Of a stretch of 64,000 bases of DNA, positions 43,825-52,730 are shown one piece after another. Position 1 is the stretch's first letter. Each line of letters starts with the position of its first letter. Under the pieces are notes generated by a model. That model was given only the letters and a program-made list of their open reading frames with translations. It did no database searches and was not told the DNA's origin. Source of the DNA: an uncultured delta proteobacterium. Lineage in GTDB: Bacteria > Myxococcota_A > Polyangia > Palsa-1104. Position numbers and translations under genes: made by a program. The stretch spans positions 64,001 through 128,000 of the forward strand of contig CAWAWS010000029.1 in NCBI GenBank assembly GCA_963785725.1, read 5' to 3'.

Positions 43825-45174
43825 ATGGAGAAAACGGCGACGACCGTCCTCTCCGTCGGCGATCGGCCGGTGGCGGTGGAGCTTCGTGGCTTCCGCGTGG
43901 AAGTGGTGGCCGGCCCCGACGTCGGGCGGACGGCGACGGCGACGCGGCGGACCTTCGAGATCGGCACCCACCCGGCCAGCGACCTGGTGCTGACGGACGC
44001 GCATGTCTCGCGGCGGCACCTGCGCATCGACATCGAGGCGCGCGATTGCGTCGTCACCGACTTGGGCTCGACGAACGGCACGCGCGTCGGCGGCGTGCGC
44101 GTGCGCGCGGCGGCGCTCGACGACGGCGCCGTGCTCGAGTGCGGCGCGACGCGGCTGCGCTTCGTGCACACGGCGCAGCCGTTTCGCGTGCCGCTGGCCG
44201 AGCGCGACGACTTTCAGGGCCTGCTCGGTCGCTCGCTGGTCATGCGCGAGCTGTTCGCGATGTTGGAGCGCGTGGCGGCGACCGACGCGGCGGTGCTCAT
44301 CCAAGGCGAGACCGGCACCGGCAAAGAGCGGGTCGCCCGCGCCGTGCACGCCTGCTCGCGGCGGGCGACGCGGCCGTTCGCCGTGTTCGACTGCGCCGCC
44401 GTGCCACCGACGCTCATCGAAGCGGAGCTGTTCGGCCACGAGCGCGGCGCCTTCACGGGCGCCAGCGAGCGGCGCGCCGGCGTGTTCGAGCGCGCCGACG
44501 GCGGCACGGTGTTCTTGGACGAGCTGGGCGAGCTGGCGCTGGAGCTGCAGCCGAAGCTGTTGCGCGTGCTCGAGTCGGGCGAGGTGTTCCGTGTCGGCGC
44601 CAACAAGCCAACGCCGATCGACGTCCGCATCGTCGCCGCCACCCATCGCGATCTCTTGGCGCGCTTGAGCGAAGGGCAATTTCGCGAGGATCTGTATTAT
44701 CGGCTGGCCGTCGTGACGGTGCGCGTGCCGCCGCTGCGCGAACGGCGCGAGGACATTCCGCTGTTGGCGTCGCACTTCGCGCGCGATCACATCGCCGACC
44801 AGCGCGGCGGCGGCGGCGGTCTCGGCCCGGCCGCGCCCGGCTGGGAAGCCATCTTCGAGTTCATGAAAGGCTACGATTGGCCGGGTAACGTTCGCGAGCT
44901 GCGCAATGTCGTCGAGCGCGCGGTCATCATGTCGGACCCGAAGCTGCTCGCCGGCGATTTGTTGGATGCCGTCGCCGAGCTGCGCAAGCGGGCCGAGCCG
45001 GCGATGCACCGGCGCGTGTCGTTGCGCGCCGCGCGCGACGCCACCGAGCGTGAATATCTCGAGGATCTGGTGCGCGCCACCGATTGGGACTTGGATCAGG
45101 CGGCCGAGATCGCCGAAGTTCACCGCAAGTCGCTCGAGCGGCTGCTGCGCGAGCACAGCTTGAAGCGGCGGTGA
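43825..45174 (+). CDS. FHA-domain sigma54 enhancer-binding protein
   Basis: VSRRH...DLGSTNGT (FHA), GETGTGKE, GAFTGA, WPGNVREL, HTH. Confidence 0.93.
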   Translation: MEKTATTVLSVGDRPVAVELRGFRVEVVAGPDVGRTATATRRTFEIGTHPASDLVLTDAHVSRRHLRIDIEARDCVVTDLGSTNGTRVGGVRVRAAALDDGAVLECGATRLRFVHTAQPFRVPLAERDDFQGLLGRSLVMRELFAMLERVAATDAAVLIQGETGTGKERVARAVHACSRRATRPFAVFDCAAVPPTLIEAELFGHERGAFTGASERRAGVFERADGGTVFLDELGELALELQPKLLRVLESGEVFRVGANKPTPIDVRIVAATHRDLLARLSEGQFREDLYYRLAVVTVRVPPLRERREDIPLLASHFARDHIADQRGGGGGLGPAAPGWEAIFEFMKGYDWPGNVRELRNVVERAVIMSDPKLLAGDLLDAVAELRKRAEPAMHRRVSLRAARDATEREYLEDLVRATDWDLDQAAEIAEVHRKSLERLLREHSLKRR

Positions 45175-45461
45175 GCCTGGGTTTGTGCGAGCGGCGGACG
45201 CGGAATGCGCGCGAGCGGCGCGGATTGCGGCGCGGCGGCGGTCGGGTTGGGTGTGCGGTCGGTGGACGGCTTGGCGGGCTCGCGCGGGCGGCTGTGCCCA
45301 CGTCGGCTGTCGCCGACGGCCCGGTCCAGCGAGCGATCGGCCGCGCGGGCTCGCTCCGTCGGAGCCGGCCATCGTGTAGTCGGGCAAACCGATCGATGGC
45401 TTATCGCGGGCGCACGCGCTCCGCACCCACGCGCGCCGCCAATTTCCGCGCGCGCTAGGAC

Positions 45462-46337
45462 TTACAGCGCCGCGATGCGCCGCTGCGTGAGGTCGAGATA
45501 GCCCGTGTCGACGTCGATGCCGACATAGCGCCGGCCGCTCGCGACCGCCGCCACGCCCGTCGTACCCGAGCCGTTGAACGGGTCGAGCACGATCTCGCCC
45601 GCGCTCGAGCCCGCGCGCACGATGCGATCGAGCAGCGCCAGCGGCTTTTGCGTCGGATGGCGCCCCGACTGCTTCTCGCGCTTCGCCGGCGTCGGCAGCG
45701 ACCACACGACCTGCTCGCCCGCGGGCTCCGGAAACTGCCACAAATCGCGCATCTGCTTGCCGCCGTTCGCGGCCTTCATATCGCGATAGTGAAACGTGTG
45801 CGGCAGCGGCGCGCGCTTCTGCGGCGCGGCCCACAAGAGAATTTCCGTCGAGTGCGTGAAGAAGCGGCAGGCCAGGTTGGGGCTGGCGTTCGGCTTGAAC
45901 CACGTGATCGTGTTCAGCAGGTGATAGCCGAGCGACTGCATGGCGAAGCCGATCGAGAAGATGACGTGATGCGTGCCCGACACCCAAATCGTGCCCGAAG
46001 GCTTGAGGACGCGCTGACACGCCCGCAGCCAGGCCAAGTTGAAGTCGTGATCGGCGGCGAGCCCGGCCGAGGCGTCCCATTTGCCCTTGTCGACGGAGAC
46101 GCGCTTGCCCGACGAGCACGTGGTGCCGCCGTTGGACAAGTTGTACGGCGGATCGGCGAACACGAGATCGACCGATTTGGCGGGAAGCTGATCGAGCAGC
46201 GCCAAGCAATCGCCGTGCAGGAGCCGACTTTCGCCCACCGCATGCTGCGTGGACGAGCGCATACGCGCGTCGACGAAGCGAAAGAGATCTTCGTCTTGCG
46301 TCTGGGCCTGTAGCGGCGCCCGTTGCGGCCGTGCCAT
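45462..46337 (-). CDS. Beta-class amino DNA methyltransferase, DpnA (M2.DpnII)-like, orphan
   Basis: FADPPYNLSNGG...VSVDKGKWD, PNLACRFFTHSTE, NGGKQMRD, HPTQKP, DPFNGSGTT. Confidence 0.9.
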   Translation of the reverse strand: MARPQRAPLQAQTQDEDLFRFVDARMRSSTQHAVGESRLLHGDCLALLDQLPAKSVDLVFADPPYNLSNGGTTCSSGKRVSVDKGKWDASAGLAADHDFNLAWLRACQRVLKPSGTIWVSGTHHVIFSIGFAMQSLGYHLLNTITWFKPNASPNLACRFFTHSTEILLWAAPQKRAPLPHTFHYRDMKAANGGKQMRDLWQFPEPAGEQVVWSLPTPAKREKQSGRHPTQKPLALLDRIVRAGSSAGEIVLDPFNGSGTTGVAAVASGRRYVGIDVDTGYLDLTQRRIAAL

Positions 46338-46376
46338 TCGGCGATCATCGAGTCGCCGATGCCGCGGGTCAAATTT

Positions 46377-47033
46377 TTAGACGTGAGGATGCGCTTTGTA
46401 GGCGCGAATCCGCGAACGCAAGAACCAAATGGCCGCGATGAGGATGACGGCGGCCAGCACGGCGTCGAACTTGTGGAACCACGGGCGCAAATACTCCCAA
46501 TTCGACCCCGCCTTGGCGCCGGCGAGCGCCAGCACAAAGCACCACGGCAGCGATCCGAGGAACGTATAGACGTGAAAGCGCACCTGATTCATGCGCGCGA
46601 TGCCGGCCGGCAGCGCGATGAACGTACGCACCGCCGGCAGCAAGCGCGCGGCGAACACCATGATCGCGCCGCGACGCTCGAACCAGCCGTCGACGCGGTT
46701 GAGCTCGTGCGGCGTCACGAAGAAGCGCACCCAGCTCGTCCTCTCGAGGAACGGCCGGCCCAGCTTCGCGCCCACCCAATAAGCGGGAATCGAGCCCAAG
46801 TTGCAGCCGATGGCGCCGCACAGCGCGACCAGCCACAGGTTGAGCGGCTGCTTGCCGACGGCCAGCGCGATCGCCGGCAGCGTCACCGAGCCGGCAAACG
46901 GCATGATGATTTCGGAAGGCAGCGGGATGCACGCCGACTCGATCGCCATCAAGAGGACGACGCCCAAGTAGCCGAGCGCGAGGATGACACTCTGAATCCA
47001 AAGTCCTAAGTGCTCTAAAAGATTTGCAATCAC
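46377..47033 (-). CDS. DedA family membrane protein
   Basis: LMAIESACIPLPSEIIMPFAG, RLLPAVRTFIALPAG; GTGA overlap with permease stop. Confidence 0.92.
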   Translation of the reverse strand: MIANLLEHLGLWIQSVILALGYLGVVLLMAIESACIPLPSEIIMPFAGSVTLPAIALAVGKQPLNLWLVALCGAIGCNLGSIPAYWVGAKLGRPFLERTSWVRFFVTPHELNRVDGWFERRGAIMVFAARLLPAVRTFIALPAGIARMNQVRFHVYTFLGSLPWCFVLALAGAKAGSNWEYLRPWFHKFDAVLAAVILIAAIWFLRSRIRAYKAHPHV

Positions 47034-48493
47034 GTGAGGCTCTCCGCGCTTGGTCGTGCAGGAGTACCAGTCCGCGGCCAGCTTTTCAACGCCGGCGGAC
47101 CGTCGAAGTGGCGCCGTGCCCAGGCGCGGTCGTAGATCGCGAGCAGGATGAGCGCGCCCAAGAACGTGTAACCCGTCTTCAAATTGGGCGGCAGGACGAA
47201 GAGCGCGCTGATGAAGAGGATCCAGCCGACGGCGAGCGTGTTGACGATCGTCGACCAGCGGCCGACGTGCCACGGGCCGCGTTCGAGGCGGCCTTGGCGG
47301 CGGGCGCGCAACGCCGCGACGATGGGAATGCCGTAGGAAACGTAGAAGCCGATGGTGCTGACGGAGACGATGACGTTGTAGGCGCCGCTCCAGAGCGCGA
47401 GCAAGAACGCGGTGGCGACGCAGGTCCAGACGGCGACGGCGGGCGTGCGATGGCGCTCGCTGACGCGCTTGAGCCACGCGGAGCCGGGCGTGCCGCCGTC
47501 GCGGGCGAAGGCGAAGAGCATGCGCGAGCTCGACGTCACCGAGCCGAGGCCGCAGAACCACATGGCGCCGATGACCATCCAGACGAGCGCGCCGCCGAGG
47601 CGACTGCCGAGCGCGGTGCGCAAGACGTAGACGAACGGGTTGTCGGCGGCGGCGGCGGCCGGCAAATCGCGGATGGCGAGCGTGATGGCGACGAGCATGA
47701 CGAAGCCGACGACGCCCGAGACCCAGACGGCGTTGACGATGCCGCGCGGCGCGGCCTCTTGCGCGCCTTTGGTCTCCTCGGCGACGTGGGCCGACGCGTC
47801 GTAGCCGGTGAACGTCCATTGCGCCTGCAAGAGCCCGATGAGGCAGGCGTAAGCGAACGGATAGAGCACGCCGTCGCTGGCTTTGGCGACGAAGCGCGTC
47901 GTCAGGAACGTCAGCGGCTGCAGCGGCGCCAGCCAGATCAGCGCGCCCACGAGCAGCGCCGTGCCCGCGAGGTGATACCAGGCCGACAGCTCGTTGAGCG
48001 CCGTGACGACGCGAATGCCGACATGATTGAGCACGCCGTGACTGACGAGCACCGCGACATAGATCGCCAGCACGTTCAGCTTCGTATTCGGCAGGCCGAA
48101 CGCCTCGCGCATGAAATCGGCGAGCGCGTAATCGACGCCCGCGAGCACGGCCACTTGGCCGATGACGTTGAGCCACGCCGTCCACCAGCCGACGCGCACG
48201 CCGCCCAAGATCGTCGCCCAGTGATAGAGCGCGCCCGCTGTCGGATACGCGGACGCCAACTCCGCGAGGCTGATGGCGACGAAGAGCGTCATGAGGCTGA
48301 CGAGCGGCCAGCCGATGGTCATTTCGATCGGGCCGCCTTGCGTCAGACCCCAGCCGTACAAAGACACGCCGCCGGTCAGAATCGAAATGACCGAGAACGA
48401 CAGCGCGAAGTTGCCGAACGCGCTCATGCCGCGTCGGAGCTGCTGCGCGTAGCCGAATCGGCGGAGCTCCGCCTCGTCGTCGAGCACGATCAT
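47030..48493 (-). CDS. APC-family amino acid permease
   Basis: FGYAQQLRR, NFALSFSVISI, AELASAYPTAG, GYDASAHVAEET, SRMLFAFARDG. Confidence 0.92.
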   Translation of the reverse strand: MIVLDDEAELRRFGYAQQLRRGMSAFGNFALSFSVISILTGGVSLYGWGLTQGGPIEMTIGWPLVSLMTLFVAISLAELASAYPTAGALYHWATILGGVRVGWWTAWLNVIGQVAVLAGVDYALADFMREAFGLPNTKLNVLAIYVAVLVSHGVLNHVGIRVVTALNELSAWYHLAGTALLVGALIWLAPLQPLTFLTTRFVAKASDGVLYPFAYACLIGLLQAQWTFTGYDASAHVAEETKGAQEAAPRGIVNAVWVSGVVGFVMLVAITLAIRDLPAAAAADNPFVYVLRTALGSRLGGALVWMVIGAMWFCGLGSVTSSSRMLFAFARDGGTPGSAWLKRVSERHRTPAVAVWTCVATAFLLALWSGAYNVIVSVSTIGFYVSYGIPIVAALRARRQGRLERGPWHVGRWSTIVNTLAVGWILFISALFVLPPNLKTGYTFLGALILLAIYDRAWARRHFDGPPALKSWPRTGTPARPSAESLT

Positions 48494-48494
48494 C

Positions 48495-50132
48495 TTATGG
48501 CACGACGCCGGCCGCGACCCAAGCGTCGTGCACGGTCGTTTCCGCGCCGTTTCCGAGATCTTTGGCGGCGGCGATCGTGGCGTCGGCGGCGGCCGCGAAA
48601 TCCGCGTCGCTGTAGAGGTACCAAGCGAGCGCGCGATACCAAATCTTCTCGACGGTGGCGAGTGGCAGCGCGGCGTCACCGACGGTCATGAGGTAAGCGG
48701 CGTGCGACGCGATCGTGCTGTTGACGTGCACGCCGCCGTTGTCCTCCGCTTGCGTCACCCATTCGGCGAGCGCGGCCGGGTTTCCCGACGCGTGCGGATC
48801 GGCGATATCGCGGATGGCGACGTTGCTGCCGCTCGGGTGAAAGACGGTCTCGCCGATCTGCCAATTGCCCTCGATGAAGCAGGCGAAGATGTCGGCGATG
48901 GCCTCGTTGAGCGCGCCGGTCTCGCCTTCGGCGCCGAGCGCGGCCGAGTGTGCGGTGACGCCGTGGGTGAACTCGTGCGCGACGAGATCGAGCGCGCCGG
49001 CCAGCGGCGAGAACAGCGCGCCGTCGCCGTCGCCGAAGACGAGCTGTGTGCCGTCGAAGAAGGCGTTGTCGTAGCCGTTGCCGTAGTGGACGGTCGTGTG
49101 CACGCCTTTGCCGCTGCCGTCCCAGCCGACGCGATCGTGGACGATGGCGAAGTAGTCCCAGCTGGCGGCGACGAAGGCGTGCGCGTCGACGGCGGCGCCT
49201 CTGCCGTCGCCGGTCGTGTCCCACGCCTGCGGATCTTTGCTGCGCACGGCGGTGCCGGGCAGCTTCGTCGTGTTGCCGTTGCCGTAGGTGCGCGTCGGCG
49301 GCGAGCCGCGGGTGTCGTCTTCGAGGATATAGCTGGCGCCGTCGGCGGCGACCGCGAGCGGCTGGCGATCGCCGAACACGCCGACGCCGCTGCCGTCGAG
49401 ATAGTCGGTGATGTCGGCGGCATGCAAGATGGTGCCGTCGGCGGCGTCGACGAAGGATTCGAGCAGCGCCGTGCCCGAGACGTCATTGGCGGCGATTTGG
49501 ACGCGCCAGGCCAGCTTCACGGTCTGCGCGTCGACGGGATAGGCGTACAGCTTCGGCACATAAGTCGTGAACGCGTCGGGTGACCACGGGCCGGCGCTGC
49601 GCGCGGCGGCGACGGCGGCGACGAGCGCCTGCTGCGACGTCAGCGCGGGCGTGCCCAGCTCGTTCGTGACCGGGATGTAGCGGCCGTTGATGCGCACGAG
49701 CGCGCCGTCGCTGGCGAAGTGCAGGACGAGCTGGCCGCCCCACACGTCGTAGTCTTGCGCCTTCTCGGCGAAGCGCGCGTGCGTCATGCCGAGCTCGTCG
49801 GTGCCGCCGTCGGTCGATGCGACGTCGTCGGCATCGGCGAGCGAGAACAGCGCGGCGTGCGCGCGAATGAAGACGCGGCCGGCGCGCGCGGCGTCGACGG
49901 CGGTGTTGGCGAGCGGCGCCGTTCGCCCTTCGAGGAACGCCGGCGTGTGAATGTCGGAATACCAGCGCGCGGTCCACGTCACGCCGGTCTCGGCGTCGAG
50001 CTGGGCGAGCGCGTCGAGCGCGCCTTGGTCGCCGTGGGTCGTCGAGAACAGCGACGGTCGGCCGCAGCCGGCGACGGCGAGCGCGGCCGTGAGCGTGAGC
50101 GTCATCGTAACGATCGAGTGGCTACGGAACAT
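48495..50132 (-). CDS. M4 (thermolysin-family) metallopeptidase, lipoprotein
   Basis: Lipobox AVAGC, propeptide, NAFFDG, AHEFTH, GALNEA, GGVHVNS. Confidence 0.93.
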   Translation of the reverse strand: MFRSHSIVTMTLTLTAALAVAGCGRPSLFSTTHGDQGALDALAQLDAETGVTWTARWYSDIHTPAFLEGRTAPLANTAVDAARAGRVFIRAHAALFSLADADDVASTDGGTDELGMTHARFAEKAQDYDVWGGQLVLHFASDGALVRINGRYIPVTNELGTPALTSQQALVAAVAAARSAGPWSPDAFTTYVPKLYAYPVDAQTVKLAWRVQIAANDVSGTALLESFVDAADGTILHAADITDYLDGSGVGVFGDRQPLAVAADGASYILEDDTRGSPPTRTYGNGNTTKLPGTAVRSKDPQAWDTTGDGRGAAVDAHAFVAASWDYFAIVHDRVGWDGSGKGVHTTVHYGNGYDNAFFDGTQLVFGDGDGALFSPLAGALDLVAHEFTHGVTAHSAALGAEGETGALNEAIADIFACFIEGNWQIGETVFHPSGSNVAIRDIADPHASGNPAALAEWVTQAEDNGGVHVNSTIASHAAYLMTVGDAALPLATVEKIWYRALAWYLYSDADFAAAADATIAAAKDLGNGAETTVHDAWVAAGVVP

Positions 50133-50173
50133 GAGCGTCTCCTTCGCGTTCGCGATGCGATGGAGGGCCGCTT

Positions 50174-50189
50174 AGCAGTCCGCGTGCCG
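50174..50189 (-). promoter_or_regulatory. Candidate sigma54 promoter of M4 operon
   Basis: CGGCACGCGGACTGCT. Confidence 0.5.
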
Positions 50190-50491
50190 AAATCGGCAGC
50201 AGTCGTTATCGATAGTTATGAGAAGCAATACGCGAATTGGAGCGAAGCCGTGTCCGGCTGCCGGATCTTGTCCGGTATACGAACCGTCTTCTCACCGCGC
50301 GTTCCGTCGCTGTGGAACTGGATCCTAAGGAAGTCTTTCGTCGAGAGTCATATCCCGAGAAGTCGCGCGCGACGTTGCCGAGCACAGACGCAGAGCCGAC
50401 TAGATCGTGCGAGAGGCGGCCTGTCAAAGGCGAACCCGATTGCGCTGGCTCTGCTCGCACGTTTGGGAGTAAAGACAGCGAACACCACATA

Positions 50492-50644
50492 GCGCTCGGG
50501 TAAAGGGAAGCCGGTGCAAAGCCGGCGCGGTCCCGCCACTGTAAGCGACGCGCGTCTCCGTTGTTCCACTCGCAATCGCGGGGAAGGAGGAGATGCCGAG
50601 GCCGAGCCGCCTCACGTCGCGAGCCAGGAAACCTCCCCGAGCGC
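50492..50644 (+). ncRNA. Cobalamin riboswitch
   Basis: P1 GCGCTCGGG/CCCGAGCGC; AGGGAA-GCCGGTGCAAAGCCGGC-GCGGTCCCGCCACTGTAA; CCACT..GGGAAG; B12 box GAGCCAGGAAACCT. Confidence 0.93.
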
Positions 50645-50674
50645 ACAACGCCTCAGTTCTCCGCGGAGGGAACG

Positions 50675-51391
50675 ATGAGCACCGTCACCATCACCGGCCT
50701 GTGTCTCGGTGTGCTGCTCGGCATGCGGCACGCGCTCGAACCCGATCATATCGCCGCCGTCTCGACGCTGGTGTTGGAGAGCGGCAGCAGTCGTCGCGGC
50801 ATTTGGCTGGGCGCATTTTGGGGCATCGGCCATTCGCTGTCGCTGCTCATCGTCGGCTGCTTGTTGGCGGTGTTGCACGCGGAGTTGCCGTCGTGGCTGG
50901 GCGAAGTCTTCGAGCTCGCCGTGGCTGTCATGCTGGTGACGCTCGGGCTGCGCGCGTTTCGGCAGGCCGCGCGACCGCAGCTCGTTCGGGTGCATACGCA
51001 CAGGCACGGCCATTCGCATCATCACGCGGACGGCCATTCGCATCATCACGGCGCGCTTCAGCCGCTGCGCCGCCGGCGCTCGATGGCGTCGCGGCCGCTG
51101 CTGTTCGGCATCATCCATGGCCTCGCCGGCAGCGGCGCGTTGACGGCGCTCGTCGTCGCGGAGTTGCCGTCGACTGCCGCGCGCGTCACTTACATCGTGC
51201 TCTTCGGGCTCGGCTCGATCGTCGGCATGGCGTCGCTGTCGGGATTGGCGGGCTGGCCGATCGCGCGGCTCGGTCGCCAGCGCGTCGCAGCCATCGCCAT
51301 CTCGCTCTTGACGGGCTCGCTCTCGTTCGGGCTCGGCCTCGTGCTCGTGTGGCCGTTCGGGCTGCGCGCGCTGCATTCGCTGGCGCGCTGA
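50675..51391 (+). CDS. NiCoT/UreH-type Co/Ni transporter
   Basis: RHALEPDH, WGIGHS, His-rich loop, HGLAGSG; directly downstream of B12 riboswitch. Confidence 0.88.
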   Translation: MSTVTITGLCLGVLLGMRHALEPDHIAAVSTLVLESGSSRRGIWLGAFWGIGHSLSLLIVGCLLAVLHAELPSWLGEVFELAVAVMLVTLGLRAFRQAARPQLVRVHTHRHGHSHHHADGHSHHHGALQPLRRRRSMASRPLLFGIIHGLAGSGALTALVVAELPSTAARVTYIVLFGLGSIVGMASLSGLAGWPIARLGRQRVAAIAISLLTGSLSFGLGLVLVWPFGLRALHSLAR

Positions 51392-51483
51392 GCGTCGGCG
51401 GGGCACTGGCAATTCGCGGGCGTGAAATAGATCCGGCTACGAATCGTCCGCAGCGGACGCTGCTCGCGGATGCTTGTCGATGG

Positions 51484-52314
51484 CTACGATCGGTCGAGCA
51501 GCTTGCGCTTGAGCTTCGCCATCGCCTCGCGCTCCGGTCCCCACAACACGCGGTTTACGACCCTCTGCACGGGACCGTCGCTCGGTCGCGTATAGAGGAT
51601 GTCCTCCAATCGGAAGTCACTGCCGAGCGCGAGCGTGCCGCGCTCGATCGCGACGAAGCCCGGGAAAACCTCGACATTGGCGACGGCACCGCGCCCCGTG
51701 CCCGTGGCTGCGATCAGCTCCATGACGAGCTTGGTCGGCGGAAACGAGGTGGACCACTCGCCGGGCCGCACGAAATCGCGCCAATGTGCCCAGGCCCAAT
51801 CTTCGATGATGTAGAAGCCGCCGGCGCGTAACCGCGGGAACAGCGTCTCGAATGACGCTCTCGTCTGTGTATAGAGATGAGAGGCGTCATCGAAGACGAG
51901 GTCGATCGGTCCGTCGAACTCCTGCACGCAGATTTGCTGCAGTCGCGCCACGTCCGCCTGGTTCGTGCCCCAATAGGTGCTGATGCGCTTGCCGAGGTTT
52001 CGCGCGGCGACATAACGTCTGAAATACTGGCTATCGACGCGCTCTTCGATGTCGAGCCCGACGATCTTCTTGGGCTTCAGCACTTCGCACCAGAACGCGA
52101 GACTTCCGCAGTCCCACAGTCCCAGCTCCAAGACATTGTCCGAAGGCGGCGCGGTTCGGCGAAAGAACTTCGCATAGGCGTCGACCAGCTCTTTGGTCTT
52201 GAAGAAGCGAAAATGGTCGGACTCGCCTTGCGCATCTCTTTGCCCCGGTTCGAGCCTGAAGAGGAAGCCGTCGAGCGTCAGGCGGTCCGATTGCCATTGT
52301 GCGTTCGAGAACAT
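51484..52314 (-). CDS. Class I SAM-dependent methyltransferase (Methyltransf_24/CmcI-like)
   Basis: VLELG..GS, VGLDI, DLVFDDASH, GGFYIIEDW. Confidence 0.82.
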   Translation of the reverse strand: MFSNAQWQSDRLTLDGFLFRLEPGQRDAQGESDHFRFFKTKELVDAYAKFFRRTAPPSDNVLELGLWDCGSLAFWCEVLKPKKIVGLDIEERVDSQYFRRYVAARNLGKRISTYWGTNQADVARLQQICVQEFDGPIDLVFDDASHLYTQTRASFETLFPRLRAGGFYIIEDWAWAHWRDFVRPGEWSTSFPPTKLVMELIAATGTGRGAVANVEVFPGFVAIERGTLALGSDFRLEDILYTRPSDGPVQRVVNRVLWGPEREAMAKLKRKLLDRS

Positions 52315-52433
52315 GGCCGCGCATACTAGCAGGTGTGGCCGGACGCGGTCGCATGAGCGCTTGTGTGCGCGGTCACCGCGTCGGCGCGGCCGCGGCAGCT
52401 AGATTCCCTCCGCTCGATCGAGAGGATTGGCTC

Positions 52434-52730
52434 ATGTCGCGTACGTTCCGGCTGCTCGGTTTCGTCGGTTTCGTCGGCTGCGGCGGCGACGGCTCCGACG
52501 GACGGGCGACCGATCCCGACGCCGGCCGCGACGGCGTGCAAGACCTCGCGCCGGCGCCCGCCGCCGATCTCGCCGAAGACGCCGCGCCGCCGGCCGCGGC
52601 TCGTGGGACAGCTTCGAGGACTCACGGCCGCTGCGACGGCGCCGGCAGCGTGACGGTCACTCGAACAAGGCTATGCCCGCGCCGCCGTTGCGCACCATCT
52701 TCTTGCGCGCCAGCGCCGGCAGTGCCCTGA
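52434..52730 (+). pseudogene. Probable truncated lipoprotein remnant
   Basis: MSRTFRLLGFVGFVGC plus DLA linker, no mature domain; runs into the 3' end of the ART gene. Confidence 0.4.

Noticed and set aside
45175..45461. GC-rich gap between convergent genes as sRNA or ORF
   Set aside because: No recognisable RNA motif, clean hairpin or credible ORF
45462..46337. Complete restriction-modification or defence island
   Set aside because: No nuclease or other defence gene is adjacent; neighbours are DedA and a sigma54 activator
50300..50490. Second structured RNA or ORF (50237-50503) upstream of the B12 riboswitch
   Set aside because: Only short competing stems; no c-di-GMP or other riboswitch consensus; atypical codons
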